Of a stretch of 64,000 nt of DNA, positions 13,861-25,990 are shown piece after piece. Below the pieces are notes generated by a model. That model had not been told where the DNA came from. It worked only from the letters and a program-made list of their open reading frames with translations, and did not search any database. The stretch covers positions 347,820,001 to 347,884,000 of the forward strand of contig OZ024742.1 of assembly GCA_964016885.1 (NCBI GenBank), written 5' to 3'. The stretch comes from Eledone cirrhosa (Eukaryota). The position numbers and the translations under genes were made by a program. The stretch's first letter is position 1. Each line of letters opens with the position of its first letter.

Positions 13861-14530
13861 TACCCAGTACAAGTCGAAGCATATAGACAATATGCCCCCA
13901 ACCCCTCCCACTGCAAAGTGGTCGTGGAAGTGCCACGGCAAAAAAGCACCCAGCACTCACTGTAAATGAGGTTGGTGTTAGGAAGGGCATCCAGCTATAG
14001 AAATCAAGCCAGAATCAGTTCCTGTATGAGCAAGACAAGGTTAGTCGACTGGACACTGGCCACAACAGGACAACTCGTCTAACCCATGCTAGCATCGAAG
14101 AACGGACGTAAAACGGTGATGATGAGTCCACTGTAAAGTGGTCATGTAGGTGTCATGACAAAAAGCACCCAGCCCACACTATAAAGTGGTCGTGTAAGTG
14201 TCACGACAAAAACCACCCAGTACACACTGTAAAATGGTCATGTAGGTGTCATGACAAAAAACACCTAGTACACACTGTAAAGTGGTCATGTGGGTCTCAT
14301 GACAAAAAGCACCCAGTACACACTGTAATGTGGTCATGTGGGTGTCATGACAAAAACCACCCAGTACACATTGTAAAGTGGTCGTGTAGGTGTCATGACA
14401 AAAAGCACCCAGTACATAGAAACCTAGCCAGAAACAGTTCTGTATGAGAAAGGCATACCTGACCCGACTTGCCTCAAACGAGACAACGAATCTAACCGAT
14501 GCTAGCGTAGAAAATAAACATGAAACGATG
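13861..14530 (+). mobile_element. RTE 3'-UTR fragments with a ~48-bp tandem array (14126-14418, about 6 copies)
   Basis: aaaagcacccagtacacactgtaaagtggtcatgtaggtgtcatgac units, flanked by aggaagggcatccagc and ...aaacggtgatgatg RTE ends. Confidence 0.8.
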
Positions 14531-14649
14531 ATGATGATAGAAAGAGCTATGATATATGTTAATAATTTGTTTGTAGTAATTACTGCAGAGGGTTTTAAGT
14601 TCCAATTTCAACAGCACCCTTATCAATTTAAAAGAAAACGAACTATATT

Positions 14650-15810
14650 ATCATCATCGTTTAACGTCCATCTTCCACGCTTTCATGGGTTTGGACGGGA
14701 GTTTTCCCACTTGAGGCAAGAGTGGTTGTCTTGCTCGCATAGGACTGTCTGGCGGTTTTCTACGGCTGGATGCCCTTCCTAACACCAACCACATTTACAG
14801 TGTGGAACTGGGAGGTTTTTACCGTGTTACCTACACGGCCACATTACAGCGTGGACTGTATGTTTTTTTGTCGTGACACCTACACAACCTCATTTGTTTC
14901 GGGCTGGATGTTGTGGTACCAACATAACTTTACATTGAAAGGGGTGGTGTGGATGGGGCGGGAGTGTATTTTGTTAGAGGTGCCTACTGACTGTAGTAGG
15001 TTTCACTTTGTACTTAGGTAAGGCGGGTCTTCTCTATTACTCTGTAGCGCCAAAGCTCTCGGTCCAGTGACATTGTCTTGGAGAGGTGTAAGTGTGTGAG
15101 GTTGGAATTTATCAAGTCGTCCCAGGTTTTTCTGGGTCTGCCTACTCCGTGGCTACCGTCTATTTTTATCGCTCTGCACTTTTTTATACAGCTGTCGTCT
15201 TTCATGCGCATCACGTGGCCATACCAACGTAGTCTTCTCTCGAGTAAACAACATCTGATCCCTCTTATTTCTAATTTTTCCCTTAGTTCGTTTATGCTTT
15301 GCCGTTCACGTATATTACTATTATACATCCAGCAGAGCATGCAAGCTTCGTTCTTCTCCAGTCTGCGTATATCCTCTGCACACAATGCCCAGGTCTCACT
15401 GCCATGCAGCATTGCTGCTCGTATGCAGGCATCGTATAACCTGCCTTTCATTTTTAGGGAGAACCCTCTAGCGGCTAATAGTGGTATAAGCTCTCTGAAC
15501 TTTTTCCATCCAGTTCTGACTCTAGCTACTGTACTTTCAGAGCACCCTCCCCCACTGCTGATTTTGTCACCCAGGTAACGGAAACTGTCCACTATTTCTA
15601 TAGAACCCTCTGCGCAGTTGAAGGAGCTAGTATTTTGTGGGCACTTGCTGCTACTTATTGCACCAGAGCACCGGCCACATGTAAAATCTATGTTCTTAGT
15701 TAGCTTACCTGTGATCCCACTACATCTTTTATGCACCCATACTTTGCATTTGGGACATAAAATGGAGTTTCTACCTACTCCTTTCCTACACACTGAGCAT
15801 GGCCATTTCC
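14650..15810 (-). mobile_element. RTE LINE 3' fragment
   Basis: ORF 15014-15793: CRKGVGRNSILCPKCKVWVHKRC, FRYLGD, MLHGSETW, WYGHVMR; 3' UTR and GAT tail. Confidence 0.9.
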
Positions 15811-15944
15811 ATGATTATATAGTCAGTTATTGATTTTAACCCTTTCATGATCATATTTCTAATGAAAAACACTTGTCTAAGGTGCCACAATGAGATTGAA
15901 CCTAAAACCCTGAATTTTGTGATATGAAATGAATTGAAATGAAA

Positions 15945-17130
15945 ATTATTGTGTACAGTGCTCAGGTGCACTACAACTCATCAAATTTGCATGTATAGTA
16001 CATAGAAAAATGTACAAATGTCAGGAAAGTGAACAGTGTATGAGTCATGATATACACACAGACATATGTGCGTGTGTATGGAAGGGAAATATCAGGTGTA
16101 GTGTTGGTAAATTTCGAGAAGCATGGAGGTTTTAAAGGATGCAGTGTCTCGACAGCTAACAACTGATGCAGGTAGTTTGTTCCATGCTTCAGCAACTCTG
16201 AGCGTGAAAAAATGTTTCCGAAAGTCATGGGAACTGTGCTGTTTTCTTACTTTGTGGGCATGTCCACGTGTGTTAGACACATGGAAATCAAAAAGGTACT
16301 CAGGGTTGTTGTTGGCAACATGGTTCACAATTTTGTGGGTGTTTACCAAGTCAGTTGCCAGGCGTCGGAGCTTCAATGTATCCATGCCCAGGGAAGCAAG
16401 GCATTCAGAGTATGGTAGATGCCTGATGGAGGGTATTTGCTTGGTTGCACGTCTCTGAACAGTTTCCAGGCGGTCAATGTTCTGAGCAAGATAGGGGTTC
16501 CAGACTGGTGATGCAAATTCTAAGTGTGGTCGCACCATAGCCATGTACAGCCTTAAATAGATATCTGGAGAGCGGCTGTCAAAGGTCTTGCTGAGTGATG
16601 CTAAGACACCCTCGGCCCTCTTGACAATTTTAGAGACGTGCCTCGTCCAACGCAAATCGCTGCTGACCGTAATGCCCAGGTCACGTTCATAAGAAGACTT
16701 CTTGATATTAGTGCTGTGTCCAGGTCAGACTGCAAGCAAGATCTATAGTGTTCAGGATCTGTCCTTTTTATCTCAAGGTACAGCTTGATGTCGTCTGCGT
16801 ACTTTAGTACTGTGGCATTCTTTAAGTTGGCATCTATGTCATTTATATATGCCACAAACAAAAGGGGGCCAAGAACAGATCCCTGTGGTACACCAGATGA
16901 CATCTCATATGGTGAGGAATGCTGTCCCAGAACCGTGACTACCTCTCTTCGACTGAGAATGAAGGACTTCAACCAGTTAAAAAGATCATCCTTCACACCC
17001 ATTGCAGAGAGTTTTGTGGCACAGAATTGAAGGCTTTCGCAAAGTCAAGGTAAACAACATCCACCCATGAGCCGCCATCAGTGATCCGGGTGATGTCCTC
17101 AAGAAACTCTATAAGTTGATCACAGCAGCT
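15945..17130 (-). mobile_element. CR1-clade LINE 3' fragment (RT core), same family as 11490-12538
   Basis: SGVPQGSVLGPLLF..YIND, KYADDIKL, RPHLEFASPVW, VQRRATK. Further 3'-end pieces at ~13535-13760, ~17935-18200 and ~21205-21325. Confidence 0.9.
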
Positions 17131-17716
17131 GGAGTTGGGAAAAACAACGTATTTGCACCTGGTTGATACTTCAAATGCCCCTATTAATTGATTTCACCTG
17201 CCCATAAAAGTCAAATTTAACCAAAAAAATCAGGTAAAATTATATAATTGTAAATTATTGATATTTAAACATCTACTGACAAAATTTCAAGCCTGCACAT
17301 AGAAAATTAAGAAAAATACAAACAAATAAAATTGATAACCCTCTTGAAGATGATTAACTCAAAATAATTGTTTCTACTTTTGGTACAAGGCCAGCAATTA
17401 TCCCAGAGTATTACTAGTATTTTATTTTATCAACCCCGTAAGGATGAAAGGCAAAGTTAACCTCAGCGGGATTTGAACTTGCGAACAGATAAGTATGACA
17501 TTTGAAAATTAATGCGAATGCTAAAGGGTAAATCAACTTCGCCATTCCTCTAAATTTGTCGGCATAGTGCCTAAATTAGAAATCTAAACAACTAATTTTA
17601 TCATTATTAAGCTAGTGTTTGGAACATAATTAATAAAGGTTCTTACATAGAATTATAAACATTTTAAAGCAAACAGTTTTGAATAATAGAGCCAGATGCG
17701 GCTTGGTATCAATATT

Positions 17717-17884
17717 TTATCTTTTATTTGGTCGACGGCAAACAGAATGTGGAGTAGAATTGTATGTTAACTCCATTTTCTCAAAAGACAGTTGTGTATA
17801 AGTATTTGGAAATGTAAAATGTAAAATGAGATCTTCTGAGTTCTTAAAGTGCTTCTCTATCACATCATTTTGTTCTTTAATTTG
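17717..17884 (-). CDS. ZAP/PARP12-like gene, exon 3 (rest of second WWE domain, stop codon)
   Basis: ctttccttatattttcag acceptor, phase 0. Translates QIKEQNDVIEKHFKNSEDLILHFTFPNTYTQLSFEKMELTYNSTPHSVCRRPNKR*; LSFEKM...VCRRP fits a WWE C-terminus. Confidence 0.75.
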   Translation of the reverse strand, partial: QIKEQNDVIEKHFKNSEDLILHFTFPNTYTQLSFEKMELTYNSTPHSVCRRPNKR

Positions 17885-20355
17885 CTGAAAATATAAGGAA
17901 AGTAAATATCAAAATTAATTATACAATGAAAAGTATTGTGTACAGTGCTCAGGTGCACTACGGCTCGTCAAAGGTGCATGTATAGTACAGAGAATAATGT
18001 ACAAATGTCAGGAAAGTGAACAGTTTATGAGTCATGATATACACACAGATACATGCGTGTGTGTGTGTGTGGAAGGAGAATATCAGGTGTAGTGTTGGTG
18101 AATTTCGGGAAGCATGGAGGTTTTGAAGAATGCAATGTCCTGACAGCTAACAACTGATACAGGTAGTTTGTTCCTTGCTTCAGCAACTCAGAGTGTGAAA
18201 TTGCAGTCTACTCCATTATCTTTTGAAAAGATAATGGCTATTAACATTTAACATTCTGCAGGTTTGTTAGTTCTAATGTTTATAGTATCTTTATAACTGG
18301 ATGACAGATAGTTATGAACTATTGTAGTAAACTAACAGACTTTAATTTTTAATGTGATAGTTATATTGCTGTTTCACATTTTTCAAGAATGTCTTGTTAA
18401 TGTGGTTTCATGTGGTACAGGATGTTAATGATTTAGAACATCAGATAGAATGCTTGACAACATTTGTGCCAGCGCTCTGTACTCTTAATTCAAATTCAGC
18501 AATAGTCAACTTTGTTTTTCACCCTTTTGGGGTGAATAAATATAGTACCAGTAATGAACTGAGGCCGATTCTTTCTCTGTCTCTCTCTCTGGAAGAAATT
18601 GGCTAAGACCTGGAGAAAGACGGCCTCTGCCAAGTTGTGTGTGTATAGTGATGGTAAGAAACTCTCAGGAGAGTTGGACAGCAGAAGGACTTCAAAGAAG
18701 AAACCCACCTCAAGCAAGTATTTTGGCCCTTAGTATATATATATACATATAGGTGGTGAATTAACAAAGTCAAACATCAGATAGAATGTTTTGTGGTATT
18801 TATTTCTGCTCTCTGCTGTCTGAGTACAAAATCCCACTGAGGTCAGCTTTGCCTTTCATCCATTCAAGGTTGATAAAAAAGTACCAGTTTAGTACTGGGG
18901 TCGATTCTTCCTCAATATCTCTTTCTCGTTTCCTCTCTCTCGTCTCTCTCTATCCTTCTCTGGAAGAAATCAGCTGTATTCAGACCTGGAGATGAGCCCT
19001 GCCAGGTTTTTAAATGCCCTAAAAACACTGTATCTCAATACAGCTTCTCTACGACACCCTCAGGAATTACTGGACCACACACATATATATATCCTGACCC
19101 ATCCACATGTACTCCATTCCGAAGCACCACTCATAACTTCTTAGCAGCTGTTCATATCATCAATGTACTTTGCCCTCAATCTGAGATTACCCACCCACTC
19201 CTATTCTCACAGCACCTGTTATACAACCATGCCACTACATGTTACCCCTTCCCCCACCACTCGTCATATAACCATTTCTCACCTCCACTCATGGCACACC
19301 CTTTCATTCCCCCTTACATATGGCATGCTTCCTATTACCCTATCCACACAGTAGAGAGAGCTCTTCAGTCAGGTCAACAACTCTGCAACCTCCGAAGGGG
19401 TTGGCATTAGGATAAAATGCACCCAGTACACACTGTAAAGTTATAAAAGTTAGGAAGCAGAGCTTCCAGCCCTTAGAATTTATACCAAAAAGGGTTGGAA
19501 GGATCTTAGAACTATATTTATACATCCATTGAGTAGCATGGGTAGGATGAGCTGTCCCGTTGTGAGAGATCAGGTCTGAGGACCATGTTTCACACACAAC
19601 TGTTTCTAGCTAGGTTTCTATGGCTGTATGCCCTTCTTAATGCCAACCACATTTAAAGAGTGTGATGGCTGCTTTTTGTCATGACTCCTACACGATCACT
19701 TTACAGTGTGTGCTGGGTGCTTTGTGTCCTGATACCTATATGACCACTTTATAGTGTGGATATATATATCATCATCATCATCATCACCGTTTTAGTCCGT
19801 TCTTCCATGCTAGCATGGGTTAGACGGGTTGTCCTGTTGTGGGCAGTGTCCAGTCAGCTGATCTTGTCTTGCTCATACGGGAACTGATTCTGGCGAGATT
19901 TCTACAGCTGGATGCCCTTCCTACCTAACATATATATATATATATATATATATATAAGTGCACTAGCAGTCGAAATATATGATAGTTTTACATTGGAACT
20001 GAAGGGAACTACTCTTCAATTTTCACTCTTGTTTGAGGACATTGTCCTTCTTCTGTCTTTACTCTCTAACCACAATTAATTATATGTATATGGCAGAGAT
20101 TTTCTATTTCTCTTCTCCCATTTAATCTAACTCTCAATAATCACATAGCTTGATAAGTTTCTATTAATGCCTTTCGCATACCACAGTTTGTACTTTGAAA
20201 CTTCTAGAATGTTTGTTATTAAAGTTATTTCAGTATACATAAAGAGTGTGTAACCGAGTCTACACCAATGTGTATATAATTATATACATATTTAATATGT
20301 AGGCATATAAACATGCCAGAAAATATGAATTTCCCTATAAATTGAAAAATGATAA

Positions 20356-20404
20356 ACACCTTTAATTGATTTTCAGACCCAATTGAGCCCTCATCAGAAG
20401 ATGT
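20356..20404 (-). ncRNA. Minimal type I hammerhead ribozyme motif
   Basis: Minus strand: acatctt CTGATGA gggctc-aatt-gggtct GAAA atcaat TA aaggtgt. 7-bp stem I, 6-bp stem II with GU pairs, short stem III, UUA cleavage triplet. Confidence 0.7.
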
Positions 20405-20778
20405 GTATACCATCCAAACAACCACAAAGAAATATGCATTTGATGAGCTTATATAACCATTTACAAAGTATTATTCTGAAATGGACATACTGATTTACAT
20501 ATAATTACCAACACAAGTGCAATTTAGTATGTCCATTTCAGATTAATATATATGACAGGAAGAGCAACACCTGGATTTGACAGCAGGTGTGAAGGACATA
20601 AGACCATCGGACAAACATAGCTGGCTGACCACGTCTCTTGAGACAACAGGTGGACTATTAGAGTGACTGAGTGGACACCAATGGTAGTGGAGAAGAACCA
20701 GACGGTGACCAAAAGCCAGATGGCATGCCAATCTGACCTGATACCTCAGACCGACAGCAGACCTGCCAACCTTTTACA

Positions 20779-20963
20779 TAATTGTTTCTACTTTTGGCAC
20801 AAGGCCAGCAATTAGTCAGTGTATTACTGGTACTTTATTTTACTGACCCCGTAAGGATGAAAGGCAAAGTTAACCTCGGCGGGATTTGAACTCAGAATGG
20901 CAAAGGCCGTAACTCTATGCGTCAAAGCATGGCGTCCGACCCTCTACTGATACTGCCAATCCA
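20779..20963 (-). mobile_element. tRNA-derived SINE (family with many copies in the window)
   Basis: A-box-like TGGCAGTATC.G, B-box GAGTTCAAATC, core gcctttcatccttacggggtcgataaaataaagtacc (resembles the MetaSINE core as I recall it), tail gtagaaacaattat. Other copies: ~17365-17480(-), 23108-23300(-), 28170-28362(+), 43262-43450(+), 56102-56290(+); diverged ones at ~6608-6750 and ~18750-18905. Confidence 0.85.
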
Positions 20964-21506
20964 ATAAAAGCTATACCTGTTTTCACAAGAGAAGACATCT
21001 CTCTCCCACCTTAGAGTGTGGGAGATCCCTTTGGTCGTGGAGAGTTGACAGGTTTGCAACAGGACCCAATATGGCCAGAGATAGAAAACAGTGAAGGTGA
21101 AAGGAGTTTCTCTAACAGGAGTGAGAAGGTCCTGGATGTTGGATACATACACACATTTATTTTAAACAATTTGAAGGAACATAACAAAATATCACAGTGT
21201 ATTTAATAATGAAATTATTGTGTACAGTGCTCAGGTGCACTACAATTCATCAAATGTCAGGGGAATATCAGGTGTAGTGTTGGCGAATTTCAGGAAGCAT
21301 GGAAGTTTTAAAGGATGCAGTGTGGATTGAAAGAAAGAAATAGATAAATGCCCACCACCCACCTGAGTATATTCACCCCCACCCCCCACCCCCACCCCAT
21401 GAAATAAAAACTCCCAGCGCCCCCTTTGGGAAACACTGTCTTAGATGAATGTATTACCTAAGATCTGATGATCATCTTTTGTTAACAACATTACTTTCTG
21501 TTTCAG

Positions 21507-21681
21507 GTGTTTTTGTGTAGGAGGATGATGTCACCTTCCCTGTGTCAGAAGACTGTGTATGTGTACAATGGTGAAGGATGTGGAGAGACATCATTGCTCG
21601 TGTTAATGGAGAGTCTAACCTCTTCTCTCGACACCACAGTCTATGACGTCAAAACAATATCGGCTGAAACTATAGTTGAAG
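21507..21681 (+). CDS. Isolated exon resembling the start of a BPL_N (biotin-protein ligase N-terminal, GATase-like) domain; ATG at 21525
   Basis: ttactttctgtttcag acceptor, G|gtataa donor. MMSPSLCQKTVYVYNGEGCGETSLLVLMESLTSSLDTTVYDVKTISAETIVE resembles the BPL_N pattern V.VY.G.G....L...L...Y.V.TI.A..I. No partner exon identified in the window. Confidence 0.55.
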
Positions 21682-21789
21682 GTATAATAATATTTTGTAT
21701 GTTGTATGTGGTGATGATTCTATTGTATATACAATACATGTCCTTGCTCTCTCTCTCTCCCTCTCATATATATATATATATATATACAC

Positions 21790-22188
21790 CCGCCTTGCCT
21801 AAGTACAAAGCGAAACCTACAGTCAGTAGGCACCTCTTAACAAAAATACACCCCGTCCCACTACCCCCACCCCATCCACACCGCCCCTTTCAATGTAAAG
21901 TTATGTTGGTACCACAACATCCAGTCCGAAATAAATGAGGTCGTGTAGGTGTCACGACAAAAAAACACAGTCCACGCTGTAATGTGGCCGTGTAGGTAAC
22001 ACGGTAAAAACCTCCCAGTCCATACTGTAAACGTGGTTGGTGTTAGGAAGGGCATCCAGCCGTAGAAAACCCGCCAGACAGTCCTATACGAGCAAGACAA
22101 CCAATCTTGCCTCAAGTGGGAAAATTCCCGTCCAAACCCATGCAAGCGTGGAAGATGGACGTTAAACGATGATGATGATGATGATGAT
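21790..22188 (+). mobile_element. RTE LINE 3' UTR and tail
   Basis: Reverse complement of the 1238-1640 and 14650-15030 3' UTR; ends gttaaacgatgatgatgat. Confidence 0.85.
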
Positions 22189-22814
22189 ATGTATATATGT
22201 GATGGCTGCAAACTCTGTTAAGAATACTGCAATCACTTGTCAGATTATAGAGTTTGGTGCACTTTTAGGCTACAGCCCGCCACACGAACCTGTAACATAT
22301 CCTGAACAAGCAATACTTGTGCTTTGAAGGTTTTTTTTAAGTGGGGAAAGGCCTTGCACTCGACTAATCCCACTCTCTGAGCATCGAAAACACTACCCGA
22401 AGAGGAGAACTGGTCAACATCATCGGATGCTTCCGAAGTTGCAGGTTTTTTTTTCCAGAGTTTCCTAGAAAGGTGTTGTGACAACAACTGGGGGCTTTTC
22501 ATTCCCAGGTGGGAAAAAAAAAAAAAAAAAAGTACTATTTAGATAGCCGTTGACTCTGCTGAGTTCCTCCACCCTTTGCCGGGTCTCGTATTTCATACTG
22601 TAGGGTGTCCAAATATCACCCTCCTCACCAAGCAAGCTTGGTGGGGTTGCCGGTTTAGTCGCCAACGACCCGACCATGAGACAGGTTGTACTGGGTTACA
22701 TGTTACCAGTAGCATTCCAGAGCGACCTGACATAATATTTGTTTGATGCTCTAACAATTATACCTTGTATACCATTCCACCATTATCGTATTTAAAATAA
22801 AATATAAAATTTAC

Positions 22815-22959
22815 CGGACTCAATTTCATCCAACTGTTTGATTCGTCTTTCCAATACCATGTCCAACTTGCATGAGAAGACTCAATTCTTCTTATACTAA
22901 AGGAATTGTTGCCATTGTTGATAGCAACCATTTTTTCAAAATCAACTTTGAAAATATTG
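22815..22959 (-). CDS. ZAP/PARP12-like gene, exon 2 (end of WWE1, start of WWE2)
   Basis: attatttgtag acceptor, CCG|gtaaat donor. Phase-2 start completes AA|C from exon 1. Translates NIFKVDFEKMVAINNGNNSFSIRRIESSHASWTWYWKDESNSWMKLSP (VDF..M, IRR, W.WYW.D...W are WWE motifs). Confidence 0.85.
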
Positions 22960-24672
22960 CTACAAATAATTAAATATATAATTTTTTATTAGTCACAAAT
23001 AGTTTACATTCAGAAAAACATTAAGGGTGGCACAGGACAAAACATTGAATGTCAGTTTTGCATGTACTGTAAAGAAGTTTAATGAAAATAAAAGGGAGGT
23101 AACAATAAATAATTGTTTCTACTTTTGGCACAAGGCCAGCAATTAAATCAGTGTATTACTGGTACTTTATTTTATCGACCCCGTACGGATGAAAGGCAAA
23201 GTTAACCTCGGTGGGATTTGAACTCGGACCATAAAGGGCCGTAACTCTTTGCTGGAGACTATGGTATCCAACCCGCTACCGATACTGCCAATCCACCACC
23301 TATAATATTCCTTAATAAGTAGGAGACTACTCATGTAAAAAGACAATAAAACCACTATGGTTGCCATGACCGCTATGTTGTCTTTTCGCAGTTAGTCAGC
23401 ACTGATTTACACGTGTATGCTCAGGGCAGGCCCATTCACTTGGTCCACGCTCGCAACTCTAATCCACCTTCCAACAATATGGCTGGAAGGTAATACTTTC
23501 CATTCCACTTTAATATTCCTTTTCAAATGAAACTTAAAAAGGTTAATGAGACTGGCCAGAGGAAAGTGTTTGTCTTCAACCCTTTCAGTTACATTAGAAA
23601 TATGGCATGCAAGAGAAGTAGTGGATAGCTCCCAGTACATGCTGTAATGTCAGTGACATTAGGAAAGACATCCAGCTGTAGAAAACCAAGCCAAAATCAG
23701 ATCCGTATAAGTAAGACATTGTCACCACCTGACGATGTTATGTGTCTGTATTTATGTCCCCTAACTTAGCACTTTGACAAAAAGAGGTTGATAAAATAGG
23801 CACCAGATTTCAAAAAGCAAGTATTGCGGTCAATATGATCAACTAAATCACTCACTTTAAGGCACTGCCCAAGCATGGCCGCAGTTTAATGAGTGAAGCC
23901 AGTAAAAGAATAACACTAAAACATGTAGGGTTATTGACGAGGTAAAATCTAAATTTAGCGAAGTTTGTATTTTCTGTCTGTGTGTCCCCTTTTCAGAGTC
24001 TTCTGTGGTTTTGTACCTCTTTTTTTTTTTATTGCAAATCTAAATAAATGGTAGTATATTTTACAAAGCTGTTTATACAAATACAAAACACACTATTACA
24101 GGGAACAAAAAAGGGAAATGAAAAAAATGAATCAACCAATAAAAGAGAGAGTGACAGACACTACACCCCATTCTGAGTGGTACTTCAGTCGCAACCCACA
24201 GATAAAATGGCAAAAGCATTACCACAGAGAATGGCCAGAGATACCAGTTGAAAGAGCCACCCCACCTCAAGTGGGCTGCCGCCTTTCCAATATTACGGAG
24301 GAAATTAGCAGTGCGGGGACCAAGGACAGAAGAGGAGAAACCAAAACAAAGAAGAAGTGGTCGGTCAAGACCCGGTATTTAACTATCTTCCTTTCCTCTG
24401 CAGAATGGCCAGCAGAGACCAGGTTTGTGGCCAAAGTGACAAGGTTGGAGAATGAGTCGCAGTACATCTCATTCCAAATTAGGGATTTGTCTCCCTTGAA
24501 AGGGGAAGAGGGTTAATCCATCCAACCTATGAAAGTGGAAAAACGGATGTGAAAATGATGATGATGATGATGATATATATATATATATATCCAGGGAGTG
24601 TAACTTGGAGTTTCTGTAGGTTCACCCGGGTGAGCACTTGATGTTTAGGTTCACTTCAGTGTAGAGCTAAAC

Positions 24673-25337
24673 AGTAAGATAACAAGGATGATTGGTTACT
24701 CCTTCATTACATTTATTGATTGGTGATGCACGTTTCGCCACTGATCAGCTCAAGGTTCGACCAGTATCGATTTGACCCGACTCTGTCATCCGCAGCTCGT
24801 CAGACCCCTTGGAATGTTAATGGAAAAATGAATACATGCTGTATGATAAAGTCAAATGTTCCCATGGTGATCAGTAAGGTTTGTTTTGATTGGTGGAATA
24901 GATCATAGGGATGTTTTTGCCTGTAGTGTATGGGGGTGGGTGGGTGTGGTGATAAGTTGGTGGTGCCGGTCGCAGGTTGAAGTAGGTGGCGGTGTGGGGC
25001 TGCTGGTTGTCGGTAGACAGTTTGGCATGTAGATGTGGCTGATTTTTGTGTGTAGTATGGGTGTGGTGGTGTTGTTTATGATAAGGATGAAAGGTTGCGG
25101 TGTTTATGGTGGTGTGATGATTGTGGTCGTGACCTTACTGACCACCATGGGAACATGACTTTATCATACAGCATGTATTCATTTTTCCATTAACATTCCA
25201 AGGGGTCTGACGAGCTGCGGATGACAGAGTCGGATCAGATCGATACAGATCGAACTTTGAGCTGATCAGTGGCGAAACGTGCGTCACCAACCAATAAACG
25301 TAATGAAGGAGTAATCAATCGTCCTTGTTATCTTATT
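24673..25337. repeat. Foldback element: ~205-bp inverted arms, GT-rich spacer, hammerhead-like motif in each arm (Penelope-like end)
   Basis: 24673-24880 is the near reverse complement of 25132-25337. The + arm has ggt CTGACGA [~60-nt stem II] GAAA cgtgcg TC acc at 25204-25288. Abuts (TA)n. Confidence 0.8.
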
Positions 25338-25386
<49 letters not shown>

Positions 25387-25483
25387 AGGTAAATATTTCC
25401 CTGGGTACTAAGTACGCATAGAGATATATAGGGTGTCTATAATATAATTGTTGTTCCATGGTACTAATTTGAGATACCAGAAC

Positions 25484-25943
25484 TATAAAAATTGAGATGA
25501 GCAGAACAAACATTAAACAATTCCTTTAAAAAATTAAAAAATGATTTAAATATCTACCTGTTCATAATGCTATTACCGGCGGTTTCGCTTTACAAAAGAT
25601 TAGAAATTCAGAGAATTTCTAACGGAAAAGTAAAGTTCATCAGATAGCTATTTCCACTCTATAGGATCAAGTCCCACAACCTGCAAATATATTGCCAACT
25701 ACCAGCTCGTATGAGTTATGGCCGTTAAAGTGACCCACACGTGAACTGGCCACTAATAAAAGCGGGAATATTACAGACGCGCTGCTGGCTTTGGTGTCAA
25801 AAAAATAGCAGTAAGCAACAACAAATAGCAGTAAAGCGAAACCGCTGGTAATAGCATTATGAACAGGTAGATATTTAAATCATTTTTTTATTTTTTTAAG
25901 GAATTGTTTAATGTTTGTTTGTTCTGCTCATCTCAATTTTTAT
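25484..25943. repeat. Element with ~110-bp inverted arms between (TA)n tracts
   Basis: tataaaaattgagatgagcag...gtttcgctttac (25484-25594) is the near reverse complement of gtaaagcgaaacc...ctcatctcaattttta (25831-25943). Confidence 0.75.
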
Positions 25944-25950
25944 ATATATA

Positions 25951-25990
<40 letters not shown>

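Noticed and set aside
20377-20457. Possible + strand terminal exon (ttttcag|...ELI*)
   Set aside because: No recognisable protein similarity; better explained as the antisense of the hammerhead motif.
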